From the NCBI GenBank assembly GCA_963713045.1, contig CAVQKE010000004.1:576001-640000 (forward strand): 64,000 nt of DNA, read 5' to 3'. The notes beneath the pieces were generated by a model. That model ran no database searches. It was not told where the DNA came from and saw only the letters and a program-made list of their open reading frames with translations. The translations under genes and the position numbers were made by a program. The DNA comes from an uncultured delta proteobacterium (lineage in GTDB: Bacteria > Myxococcota > Myxococcia > Myxococcales > Myxococcaceae). Positions 55,305 through 64,000 of the stretch are shown one piece after another (position 1 is the stretch's first letter; each line of letters begins with the position of its first letter).

Positions 55305-57242
55305 TCAGCCCCCCTTGGAAGGCGCAGGGGCGGTCTTGGGCGCAAGGATGGCAGAGAGCAAGTCCGGCCGGCCGGCAATGCGCTCCAGGTGGGGGTAGCG
55401 GGCCCCGCCGTCGTACTTTAGGGGGTAGGTGCGAAAGGTCTCGGCGTTCTCCACCAGCAACTCGATGGCCTCGTTCGCGCTTCTCGCGACGGCCGTCCGG
55501 AGTCGCACCTCGGAAAACTTCTGTCCATTGACCGCCACCAGGCGCATCGCTGGACCGAGCCCCGCCCGGAAGGCGGCAGAGTCAGGAACCACGTCGAGGA
55601 GCTCACCAACGTGGTCCTGCCGCATGTCCACCAGCACGCCAATCGAGGCGCGTAGGTCGATGCGCTGGCCGCGGTAGTCGGAGGCCCGCTGCAGAGCCGT
55701 GCGCTCCGGGCCGTAGGCCAGCCTCCAGCCCGCCAGTTCGAGGCCCTCCAGCGGCGCCTGCGCCGTCGTCGAATTCAGCCGCTTTTCGAAGAGACCCCGC
55801 CAGTCGAAGGCCACCACCTCATTGAGTCCGGCCACCACATCCTCCAAGGCGTACGGTTTGAGCTCCGGACCGCTGTTCTTTCCTCCGTGAAAGCGCCGGC
55901 AGAAGTCGTCGAGCGAGCGGGCATTCTTCGTCTTCTCGCGGATGGTGGCATCCACCTCGAGCCAGAGGAGTGTCCCTTCTTCGTAGAAGTCCACACCGCG
56001 CCGCCAGGATGTCCAGTCCGGCCGAGCGCTGTACAAGAGGGGCGCCTCGACGGCAGTGTCCGCCAGCGGACGCCAAACCCGCCCGCGACGCTGCTGCATC
56101 TCGTCTGCCTCGAGCGCGATCGAGTCTCGTCCGCTCTGTCCCGGCAAGAGTCCGCTTCTCGCCCCGAGGACGTTGCCGAGGTACTCGGTCAGCCCCTCGT
56201 ACACCCAGAGGAGCTCGTCCTTCATCGGCACCTGGTAGTCCGGAGTCACCAGCCCCGCTGGTCGACGGTACTTGCCATTCCAGGAGTGGCTGTATTCATG
56301 CGACCAGAGGGTGGCTGTCGCGAGGAAGAGCTCAGGGTCGACCAGGGCGCGCTCGTGGGCCCGGTCGTCGCTCGATTGGTGGTGCTCGAGGCCAAAGTGC
56401 GCCACTGAGTCGCTCAACGTGGTGAGAAACCGGTAACTCTCGTAGTGCTGCGCCCCGAAAAGCGCGTGCGCCTCGGCCACCAGTTTCTCGAAAGCTGCCT
56501 TCTGCGGTGGAGACAGCTCGATGTCCGCTTGGTTCTCGGAAGCGAGGGTGAGGAAGTGCGGAGCGCCATCGACGGTGCCAAGGGGCACCTCTCGCAGGTG
56601 AGCGCCCGCCAGGACCGGCGAGTCCACAAGCCGTGCCAGGGAGACGGGCGCGAAGCTGGTTCGCGACGTGTCTCCACCGGCACCTCGGGGCACCAGCGCG
56701 GTCGAGAGCCTCCAGCCAGTGGGGATTTTCACGCTGGCCAGGACCGGAAGGTTTCGAGGTTCGGCGCCTTGTGGGTAGAAGACGAGCTGGTTCCAGCTCA
56801 AGAGGACGACGTTGGCGGTGGCCGAGGCACCGGCCGAAAACCCCCCCAGCTCGGGCGGCGGCGAAAGGAAGTCGAATGTGACGTCCAAGTCTGAGACGCC
56901 AGTCGGCACTTCGAGGTGGACCGCGAACATGTCCACATCGTCGCGTCGCCAGGGCAGCACTGCTCCGGCCGCGCGAAAAACCAGACCAGCGACGTCAACC
57001 ACCGGGCCGCTCGGTTCGTGCTCACCCGGAATCCACTTCGGATAGACCACCGTCATCGGCCCCGGGGTGACTGGCATGACCAGGTGGGCGTGAAACAGCC
57101 GGCGCGGGGCGTCGGTGAGGTCCACCTCCACCAGCATCGGCCTCTTGGGCACGACCCCCTGCGCCGCGGCGCTGCTGGCGATCAACAACCCACTGAAAAA
57201 GGCCACGAACCAATTGCGCAACCATGGCGAGACGACGTGCAA
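55305..57242 (-). CDS. M61 glycyl aminopeptidase family protein with PDZ domain, exported
   Basis: PKWIPGEH, LVDSPV, GLEHHQSS, HEYSHSWNGK, LWVYEGLTEY, C-terminal PDZ; TTG start with GGGAGG RBS. Confidence 0.92.
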   Translation of the reverse strand: MHVVSPWLRNWFVAFFSGLLIASSAAAQGVVPKRPMLVEVDLTDAPRRLFHAHLVMPVTPGPMTVVYPKWIPGEHEPSGPVVDVAGLVFRAAGAVLPWRRDDVDMFAVHLEVPTGVSDLDVTFDFLSPPPELGGFSAGASATANVVLLSWNQLVFYPQGAEPRNLPVLASVKIPTGWRLSTALVPRGAGGDTSRTSFAPVSLARLVDSPVLAGAHLREVPLGTVDGAPHFLTLASENQADIELSPPQKAAFEKLVAEAHALFGAQHYESYRFLTTLSDSVAHFGLEHHQSSDDRAHERALVDPELFLATATLWSHEYSHSWNGKYRRPAGLVTPDYQVPMKDELLWVYEGLTEYLGNVLGARSGLLPGQSGRDSIALEADEMQQRRGRVWRPLADTAVEAPLLYSARPDWTSWRRGVDFYEEGTLLWLEVDATIREKTKNARSLDDFCRRFHGGKNSGPELKPYALEDVVAGLNEVVAFDWRGLFEKRLNSTTAQAPLEGLELAGWRLAYGPERTALQRASDYRGQRIDLRASIGVLVDMRQDHVGELLDVVPDSAAFRAGLGPAMRLVAVNGQKFSEVRLRTAVARSANEAIELLVENAETFRTYPLKYDGGARYPHLERIAGRPDLLSAILAPKTAPAPSKGG

Positions 57243-57298
57243 AGCAACCTCCCGAAGGAAACGGGTGTGAGGACGCAGCTGCCGACCAGCGGCAATTC

Positions 57299-59230
57299 TC
57301 AAGTGGGCGGCGCGCCTTCGACGCGGAGCAGCGTCTGGAATTTCTCGAGGCTCATGGCCTTGAGGTCCTCGCCGCCGTAACGGCGGGGCGAGACGCCTTG
57401 GGCTTCCACTTCGCGATCGCCGACGACCAGAGTGAAGGGCAGCTTCTGCAATTGCGCCTCCCGAATCTTGGCGTTCAGCGTCATCCCTCGCTCGTCGAGC
57501 TCGACGCGGTACCCCGCTGCGGAAAGCCGCTCGACGACGGTACGGGCCCACGGGAGGTGCCGGTCGGCAACCGTCACCACAGCTGCCTGAACCGGCGCCA
57601 GCCAGGTTGGGAAAGCCCCGGCATAATGCTCCGTCAGAATGCCGATGAAGCGCTCGAAGCTGCCGTAGATGGCCCGGTGGAACACCACCGGTCGATGCTC
57701 GGCGTTGTCTTCGCCGACGTAAGTCAAGTTGAAGAGCTCCGGGGCTTTGTAGTCGAGCTGGATGGTGCCTAGCTGCCAAGGGCGCCCAATGCTGTCCGTC
57801 ACCTCGAAATCCAGCTTCGGGCCGTAAAAGGTCCCCCCGCCCGGGTTGTCTGAGTAGCTGACGCCCAACTCGTTCAGGACGCCCCGGAGCTTGCCCTCGA
57901 CGTCATCCCAGAAGGCGTCGTCCCCCAGCCGCTGTGCAGGACGCGTTCCGAGCCTCGCCACGTAGCTGAGCCCGAAGCCGGAATAGACACGGTCCAAGAG
58001 TCCGATGAAGCGCCTCACTTCGGAGGCCATCTGCGCCTCAGTGCAGAAAATGTGGGCGTCGTCCTGAGAGAATTGGCGAACCCGCGTCAGTCCACCGAGC
58101 GATCCCGACGCCTCGTTCCGATGGAGCACGTCATGCGTCGCGAACCGCAGAGGCAGCTCCCGGTAGCTACGCTTCTTGAAGTTGTACAGCAGATAATGGG
58201 AGGGGCAATTCATCGGCTTGAGGCCGAAGTCGTGCTCACCGGTCTCGGTGTCGAGCACCAGAAACATGTTTTCACGGTACTTGCCCCAGTGCCCAGAGAG
58301 TTCCCACAGCTCTTTGCGATAAAGCAGCGGCGTCTTCACTTCCTGGTAGCCGTCGGCGGTGGTCCAAGCCCGCATCTTCTCGGCCAACAGCCGGTAAAGC
58401 ACCGTGCCCTTGGGCGTCCAGAAGGCCGCACCCGGCGAATAGGGGTGAAAGTGGAAGAGGTCGAGTTCCTTTCCCAGCTTGCGATGGTCGCGCTTCTTGG
58501 CGTCTTCCTGACGGTGAAGCCACTCGTCCAGCGCCTTCTTGTCGAAGAAAGCCGTCCCATAAATTCGCTGCAACATCGGGTTGCGGTGGTCCCCCCTCCA
58601 GTAGGCACCGCTCGAGGAAAGCAGCTTGATGACGCCAATTTTTCCGGTCGACGGTCCGTGCGGGCCGAGGCAAAAGTCGACCCAGTCGCCGTGCCGGTAA
58701 AGGGACAGCGTCTGTGCGCCTTTGGCGACGATGTCCTGAACTATCTCCACCTTGAAGGTTTCGCCCTTGCCCTGAAACAAGCGGATCGCGTCCTCCGCAG
58801 AGACTTCCGTGCGGACGAAAGCAAGGTCCTTCTCGAGTTCCTGGTTGGCCGCTTCCTCAATGCGGGCCAGGTCCTCCGGGGTAAAAGGCTTCTCGCGATA
58901 AAAGTCGTAGTAGAAGCCGTCCTCGACGTTGGGGCCGATGGTGACTTGGGTGCCTGGGAAAAGCCTCTGCACCACGCTGGCCACCACGTGCGCGGCGTCG
59001 TGGCGGATGGTGTCCAGCGCCTCGGGAGCCTTGTTGGTGAGAACTTCCAGCTTCCCGTCCTCCTGCAACGGGGTCGCAAGGTCGACCAGCTTGCCGTTGT
59101 AGCGCGCCAGGACTGCGGCCTTTGCTAATCCGGCACCAATTTCCGTCTTGACGAAGTCGCCAATGCGGGTGCCGGGCGGGGCGCTCTTTTCGCTCCCATC
59201 GGGCAGTTTGACGTGAATGGCGTCTGGCAT
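57299..59230 (-). CDS. thrS: threonine-tRNA ligase
   Basis: TGS domain, [55 protein letters not shown]. Confidence 0.98.
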   Translation of the reverse strand: MPDAIHVKLPDGSEKSAPPGTRIGDFVKTEIGAGLAKAAVLARYNGKLVDLATPLQEDGKLEVLTNKAPEALDTIRHDAAHVVASVVQRLFPGTQVTIGPNVEDGFYYDFYREKPFTPEDLARIEEAANQELEKDLAFVRTEVSAEDAIRLFQGKGETFKVEIVQDIVAKGAQTLSLYRHGDWVDFCLGPHGPSTGKIGVIKLLSSSGAYWRGDHRNPMLQRIYGTAFFDKKALDEWLHRQEDAKKRDHRKLGKELDLFHFHPYSPGAAFWTPKGTVLYRLLAEKMRAWTTADGYQEVKTPLLYRKELWELSGHWGKYRENMFLVLDTETGEHDFGLKPMNCPSHYLLYNFKKRSYRELPLRFATHDVLHRNEASGSLGGLTRVRQFSQDDAHIFCTEAQMASEVRRFIGLLDRVYSGFGLSYVARLGTRPAQRLGDDAFWDDVEGKLRGVLNELGVSYSDNPGGGTFYGPKLDFEVTDSIGRPWQLGTIQLDYKAPELFNLTYVGEDNAEHRPVVFHRAIYGSFERFIGILTEHYAGAFPTWLAPVQAAVVTVADRHLPWARTVVERLSAAGYRVELDERGMTLNAKIREAQLQKLPFTLVVGDREVEAQGVSPRRYGGEDLKAMSLEKFQTLLRVEGAPPT

Positions 59231-59540
59231 GACGAAAAAGTGTGGGCCGGAGGCCCGACCGCTGACGGTGACGGAAGTTAGCCCGACGGGGCAGCGGGGC
59301 GTTTCACCACGACGGCTGAAGCTCCGTCAACGGCGGCGACACCCGAGGCCCATCTCCGCCGGCGCTGTTAGGCCCCGGCTGACCCCTGCCGATGAACCAA
59401 GCCGGTTTGTACATCATCGCAATCGCCCACGCGTCAGGCGTGCACTCGCCCATCCTTCCCCAGGGCCAGCATCGACCAGCGGCGCGTACAGCGAACGGCA
59501 AGCCTTCACCATCGCGGGGCGATGATGCGCACGCAGCGCC

Positions 59541-59654
59541 TCAACGGTGCCGCCTCTCCCGCCCAAACCGTAAGCGGCTGTTGAGCCAGTGCAGGACGGC
59601 CGGCGCGAAGACGGCCACAGCGAAGACGACGAAGACGAGAAGAACGGCGCTCAC
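59541..59654 (-). CDS. possible 37-aa single-TM small protein
   Basis: GGGGAGGT RBS, GTG start, SAVLLVFVVFAVAVFAPAVL followed by a basic tail. Confidence 0.4.
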   Translation of the reverse strand: MSAVLLVFVVFAVAVFAPAVLHWLNSRLRFGRERRHR

Positions 59655-60001
59655 ATGGACCTCCCCGCCCAGCAGGTGAAGGCGAGCGCTCCATCGAGCG
59701 CCGCCGCGTGGAGCGCCAAGGCACTCCGGTAAGTCCACCGCCAGGATGGCAAGGGGGCGTATTCAGTGGGTCAGCCAGGTGGTTTCGGTGGGCAGTCGGT
59801 TGAATTGCACCGGCTCCGTCACCAGCCGCAGCTGACCGCCGTCCGGACCCCCCTACCCCACTACCTGGCCCCCCCAAGGCTGGGGCGGTCGCCCCTGCCC
59901 TTTTCTCCCTTCAGGACCGTCGCTGCCTACCACCCCTGGAGCCTTTAGACATCGACTGCTGAATTCCCCGTTTTGAAATTTGCTAACTCATTGTTTTTAA
60001 A

Positions 60002-60073
<72 letters not shown>

Positions 60074-60084
60074 CAAGCGCGCGG

Positions 60085-60115
60085 GAGATAACAGGGCCGC
60101 CGGCTACGGTGTCAA
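60085..60115 (-). promoter_or_regulatory. putative sigma70 promoter of tRNA-Val
   Basis: perfect TTGACA at 60110-60115 and TGTTATCT at the -10 position. Confidence 0.5.
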
Positions 60116-60153
60116 GACGACATCCGGGGATTTGGTGGGGCCGACGTCGCCTT

Positions 60154-60945
60154 TCAGCGCGTTCCTTGCGCGGGCGCGATGCGGGCCGTGGGGACTGCCT
60201 CCGTCAACAGCCCCACCAGCGCTGCGGCGGCTGCGGCGTCGCCGTCGTTGGCAACCTGGGCCCGAAGCTCGGCGCCCGGGTACTGCACCAGCAGGGTCCG
60301 TAACTCCGCTGAGGAGATGGCGACGGGCACTTCAAGCCGCAACGCAAACCCGCACCCCGCCGCCGAGGAGTCGGCCTGCGCGGCTGGAACGGACAGGCGG
60401 ATATGGTGCGCCCCCGTGAGAGGACGCGGGCAGGCGGGGAGAGGCGTCCCAGGGCGCACCTCGAGGCCAGGGAGGGCTTTCGCGCGCTCCCACTCCTCGT
60501 GCGAGGGCGGCCCGTCCGGATGCCAGTGAACGGCCTGCGGACGTATGGCAAGGACATTCCGCGCGCGCTCCTCGGTCAGCGTCCCTTCGAATTCCACGGC
60601 CGTTCCCAGGGGTGCCCAGCGACGGTAGGCACCGACGTCCAACCCCTCGAGCGCGACCCAAGGGTGTACCCGGGGGCCAAACTGCTCTCTCAGGCCCTCC
60701 TCCATGGGGGGATGCACCTGGAGGTAGGCTGCCTCGGCGCGCTCGACTCGTTCCGCCAGCGAACGTTTGAGCCGGTTGGAGCTGGTCTTGAGCCAAAGCA
60801 CGACTCCCGGACGGCAGAGTGCCTCCAGCCGGTCCGGGACTATGTCGTCGGAGATGTCGAGGTGCAGCCGAAACCCGGGCAGCGTCAGTGGCTCCGGGGC
60901 GGAGGCCAACACCAGCAGCCAGGCAACAGCCGCCCAGACTCTCAC
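60154..60945 (-). CDS. exported hypothetical protein
   Basis: GTGA overlap with the FecR gene; hydrophobic leader VWAAVAWLLVLASA. Confidence 0.65.
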   Translation of the reverse strand: MRVWAAVAWLLVLASAPEPLTLPGFRLHLDISDDIVPDRLEALCRPGVVLWLKTSSNRLKRSLAERVERAEAAYLQVHPPMEEGLREQFGPRVHPWVALEGLDVGAYRRWAPLGTAVEFEGTLTEERARNVLAIRPQAVHWHPDGPPSHEEWERAKALPGLEVRPGTPLPACPRPLTGAHHIRLSVPAAQADSSAAGCGFALRLEVPVAISSAELRTLLVQYPGAELRAQVANDGDAAAAAALVGLLTEAVPTARIAPAQGTR

Positions 60946-61667
60946 GGATGCTTGTCGAGGAAACGGTCCAGGGCGTCCTTCTTGTTGGGGTTGAAGGTGC
61001 CAGTGCGGAAATAGGTGTCGCCAATGGACACTTGCTGTCGGGCTTGAAGCTCGACGAAGCGCTTCTCCCACTCCTCGGCAGTGACTTCCGAGGGGCCTGG
61101 CACCTCATGCCGGGGCCCCGGCGGCGGCGTGGGCGCTGCCTTGGATTTTCGAATTTCCGCGTCCACGCCCACCTTGCCTTCGAGTACCCGCACCAATGTC
61201 TCTCGAATCTTTGGAGGCCGCGAACCCGCCACCAAAGGCGTCGCGTCGACCCGGAAAATCGTCCCCCGCACTCCCGCCACCGCCCGGCCAGCCTTGACTT
61301 CGAAGCGTGAGGTGGACCCGGCCGCGACCTTCTTCACCTTGGCCCAAAATTGGCCCAACACCAGTCGAGCCGAGAAAGCGCCCCGCTCCTGGCCCGAGAA
61401 CTCTGCCACGTCCAGGACGAGCTCGCTGTTCGGACCGAGGGCTAGAGCCGTTCCGTCACTCAGCAGAAGCTTGACCGAGCCATCGCCAGCGGTGCGAATG
61501 GTGTCCTCAAGTTCGAGCGTCGTGCCCACCGACAGCGGCTGTTCGGCACCCGCTTTGGGGACGCGCACCGCTTTGCCCTCGAGCGCCGACACTTGGCCAA
61601 CCGCCGCAGCGGCGGGCGCAGCGAGGAGCAGGAGCCCGAGCCCAAGCTGTACCCGAAAGAGGTTCAC
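60942..61667 (-). CDS. exported FecR-domain protein
   Basis: signal peptide, DTIRTAGDGSVKLLLSDGTALALGPNSEL, AVAGVRGTIFRV, VRVLEGKV. Confidence 0.88.
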   Translation of the reverse strand: MNLFRVQLGLGLLLLAAPAAAAVGQVSALEGKAVRVPKAGAEQPLSVGTTLELEDTIRTAGDGSVKLLLSDGTALALGPNSELVLDVAEFSGQERGAFSARLVLGQFWAKVKKVAAGSTSRFEVKAGRAVAGVRGTIFRVDATPLVAGSRPPKIRETLVRVLEGKVGVDAEIRKSKAAPTPPPGPRHEVPGPSEVTAEEWEKRFVELQARQQVSIGDTYFRTGTFNPNKKDALDRFLDKHP

Positions 61668-62860
61668 TTGCCGAGCGTCAGCTCGAGCGTGTTACCGCTC
61701 ACGCCCGTCACCGCCACCTTCTTACCGTGGAAAGTCTTCCCTTCCAGCTGCTCGGCCAGTGAGGCGGCCGTGCCGAGGTAGGTGACTTCCATCCTTCCGC
61801 GCCCGGCGGAGAGTGTTGGGTTGGTCAATTCCCGCACTCCCGCGCTCCATTGGGGAAGCTGCCGAGTGAGGGCCTGCAGCGAGGCGAAGTCACCGACCCC
61901 CACCACTTCCAGCACCAGGCGGTTGCCGTTCTGCTCGGCCGAGCGCAGCGACTCCACCACCGCCTGGCGGACCGGCGTCACAATTGCTTCGGCGTGCGCA
62001 CGGACCATGTTGTAGGCGCTCTCCTCGCGAGATTGAATGCTCATGTCTTGGACGCTGCTGCGAAGCTTTCCGGAGACCTTCGCCAGCTGGCTTCCGCTCG
62101 AGGTCTCAAAGACCCCGAAGTCGTAGTCCCCGGTGAGGGGAAAGGCCGCCCGCTGGCCGCCGCCGGAGAGCAACATCGCGTCGACTGGTGCATCTCGGAA
62201 GGCGACCGTCCCGTAGAGGATGATGTCCGCCGCGGACAGCGTGCCAATCTCCTTGGCCTCCACTGCGCCGAGGGCAACGGCCGAAGAGACGTGGACTTTG
62301 CCGGCGGCAAATGACGGGTCCACCAGCGTCCAACCGTCGCGCTTGAAGGCGTCGGTGAGGACGGTGGCGGTGACACCGGAGCTCACCGTGACGCCTTTGT
62401 CGTCGATGGTCTGTTCTTGTAGGAGGATGACGAGTCGACGCCCGGCTAGGCGGTGGACGAGGGCCTGCACCGCTTGGAGGTCGCGGTCCAGTTCCTTGGT
62501 GCCGACCAGGACCCGAACCGTCACCTTGACCACGCCCTTGTCCTGGGTTTGGGACAGCACCTGGTAGCTGCGCACGTAGCCGGCGCTGTGCGAGAAGACT
62601 TGGTCGCTAATGAGCTGACTGTTGGCCGAAAGCGTCTGCGCCGAAATCATCACCCCCGCCACCTGCTCCACGGCTTCCCTCAGCGCGGCCTCCTTGGCCT
62701 CGCGCGCCGCCCGGTCGACATTGCCCCCGACAATGGCCGCCTCACCGGTTGCTTCGCGAGTCACCACCTCGGGGAGCTTGTCCGCGGCCAACGCCGCGCC
62801 GGCCGCCAGCAGCGGGAGAAGCAGCCAGCGCGTCCGTGTGCTCCGCTCAGTTGTAGACAA
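61664..62860 (-). CDS. exported protein with FlgT N-terminal-like domain
   Basis: EATGEAAIVGGNVDRAAREAKEAALREAVEQVAGVMISAQT...GYVRSYQVL. Confidence 0.72.
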   Translation of the reverse strand: MSTTERSTRTRWLLLPLLAAGAALAADKLPEVVTREATGEAAIVGGNVDRAAREAKEAALREAVEQVAGVMISAQTLSANSQLISDQVFSHSAGYVRSYQVLSQTQDKGVVKVTVRVLVGTKELDRDLQAVQALVHRLAGRRLVILLQEQTIDDKGVTVSSGVTATVLTDAFKRDGWTLVDPSFAAGKVHVSSAVALGAVEAKEIGTLSAADIILYGTVAFRDAPVDAMLLSGGGQRAAFPLTGDYDFGVFETSSGSQLAKVSGKLRSSVQDMSIQSREESAYNMVRAHAEAIVTPVRQAVVESLRSAEQNGNRLVLEVVGVGDFASLQALTRQLPQWSAGVRELTNPTLSAGRGRMEVTYLGTAASLAEQLEGKTFHGKKVAVTGVSGNTLELTLGK

Positions 62861-63650
62861 TGGTCACCCGGCCTTCCGACAGCACCCCGGGGGGCAGCTC
62901 CTCCAACGCCCGCGCCTCGGCAGCCCCGAGGACCAGGTCCGAGCCCTGGGCCCGGGCTGCCTTCACCACCAAGGGCGCGTCGCCCACGCTCTGCGCCCGG
63001 CTGGCTGTATCCGCGCTCTTGTACCAGGCGGCGACCCCGGAGGTGCGCCGGGTGGCTTCAGAGAGCATCTCCAGGCCGTAGAGCACCTTGCCCACCTCGT
63101 CGAGAAGGCGCGGGGCGAGAACCGGCTGGACGCCGAGGCCGCGAACGTCGACCACCAGGCCAGTGTGTCGGTCTTTGCCCGAGCGCACGCCTGTTGGAGG
63201 CGGCACCTCGACCGGCGCCGGCAGGACCGCCAGGCTGATGGAAGCGAGGGGCACTTCCACGTCCAACTCGACGCCCTGGTCACTGAAGTAGCGCTTCTTC
63301 ACCACGCGGTAGCCTTTGATGACGCCGTCAACGCGGGCCCGGATTTCTTCCTGCCCCATCTGGTCGCCCACCGTCTTGTCGGCAGAGACGTGGATGCCCT
63401 TCACCTGGCCCAAAAGGTTGCGGAAGGCGTCCAGCTGGGCAGCCTTCTCTGCCCCGAGACGGGCCTGAGCGGGGCTGGTGGCCCGCATGTCCGGCGCACC
63501 CGAACCGGTTGCCTTCAGTACCTGGTCTTGCCAGTCGACCCCGGTCCGGCCGTCGGACGCGGGCTTGGACGCAGCTGACGGCGCGGGCTTCTTGTCGTCC
63601 TGGGCGCCGGCTGCAAGCAGCACGGACGCCAACAGCACCCACGTGGTCAC
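62847..63650 (-). CDS. exported LPP20-like domain protein
   Basis: VDWQDQVLKATGSG...AEKAAQLDAFRNLLGQVKGIHV...TGLVVDVRGLG..PVLAPRLLDE; GGGAGGA RBS. Confidence 0.72.
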   Translation of the reverse strand: MTTWVLLASVLLAAGAQDDKKPAPSAASKPASDGRTGVDWQDQVLKATGSGAPDMRATSPAQARLGAEKAAQLDAFRNLLGQVKGIHVSADKTVGDQMGQEEIRARVDGVIKGYRVVKKRYFSDQGVELDVEVPLASISLAVLPAPVEVPPPTGVRSGKDRHTGLVVDVRGLGVQPVLAPRLLDEVGKVLYGLEMLSEATRRTSGVAAWYKSADTASRAQSVGDAPLVVKAARAQGSDLVLGAAEARALEELPPGVLSEGRVTIVYN

Positions 63651-63770
63651 GAGTCCTCCCTCGGGAGCGACGGAAGCGTCATGAAATTCGAGGGGGTCCG
63701 CGGGTGTCAAGGAAGCGCACCCGCGCCCGGTTGCGTCCCCCCGGCTGTCGATGGACGGATGTCCCCGGTG

Positions 63771-64000
63771 TCAGTGACCGTTGCGGCCTTGCACGTAATC
63801 CCGGATGGCTCGCCGGTGTCTTTCGGTGAGGAGGGTAAATTTCACAGCATGGGTGTGGGCCGACTCGGCCTCCACCCATTCGCGCACCACCTCGCCTTCG
63901 GCGTAGATGACCTCGGCCGAGCCGGGCAGCTGGAACTGCAAGCCCACACGCCGGCCAGTTCGCTGCGGCTCTAGCAGACGTGCGAGGCGAACCCCGTCGG
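63771..64000 (-). CDS. PilZ-domain protein, 3' part (absent from the ORF track)
   Basis: manual translation DGVRLARLLEP..RRVGLQFQLPGSAEVIYAEGEVVREW..AVKFTLLTERHRRAIRDYV..*. Confidence 0.75.
   Translation of the reverse strand, partial: DGVRLARLLEPQRTGRRVGLQFQLPGSAEVIYAEGEVVREWVEAESAHTHAVKFTLLTERHRRAIRDYVQGRNGH

Noticed and set aside
57243..57779. N-terminal extension of the 824-aa M61 ORF
   Set aside because: Overlaps thrS in another frame; RBS and signal peptide point to TTG 57242
59243..59268. Possible degenerate tRNA-Val 3' duplicate (tgggcc...gaccgctgac)
   Set aside because: Too few matches to distinguish from chance in GC-rich DNA
63681..63974. 97-aa plus-strand ORF
   Set aside because: Shadow of the minus-strand PilZ-domain gene

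Overview
High-GC window, most likely from a Myxococcota (Myxococcaceae-like) genome. The evidence is the fur-tlpA-ftsB-dmxA-like locus, a MYXO-CTERM-like tail, and an infC with an ATC start and C-terminal extension. There are three zones. (1) 1-16.5 kb is core-like: M16 peptidase, HAD 5'-nucleotidase, methyltransferase, diguanylate cyclase/ftsB/tlpA/fur, FmdB, PHP, ECF sigma, glgB, GST, GGCT and an APC permease. It carries four single-base frameshifts that look like consensus errors. (2) 16.6-49.7 kb is an accessory patchwork of almost entirely envelope/secreted functions next to the 3' end of tRNA-Pro(GGG). It includes peptidases, a FadL-like barrel, a DUF4388-TM-Venus-flytrap fusion, a SorAB-like pair, an ECF sigma/anti-sigma/exported TPR-CHAT protease triad, SYLF/MltF/patatin genes, and a sortase with an adjacent LPKTA substrate. 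It also includes a LIV-type ABC cassette bounded by a degenerate duplicated tRNA-Pro 3' half (an att scar with no integrase). (3) 49.7-64 kb is tRNA-Val-thrS-(M61)-infC-rpmI-rplT-pheST-ihfA-tRNA-Pro plus an envelope operon (LPP20-like, FlgT_N-like, FecR). The best candidates for an undescribed system are the CRISPR-independent, apparently extracytoplasmic CHAT/anti-sigma/ECF module and the diderm sortase module. All family calls come from motif recognition by eye; no database searches were run.
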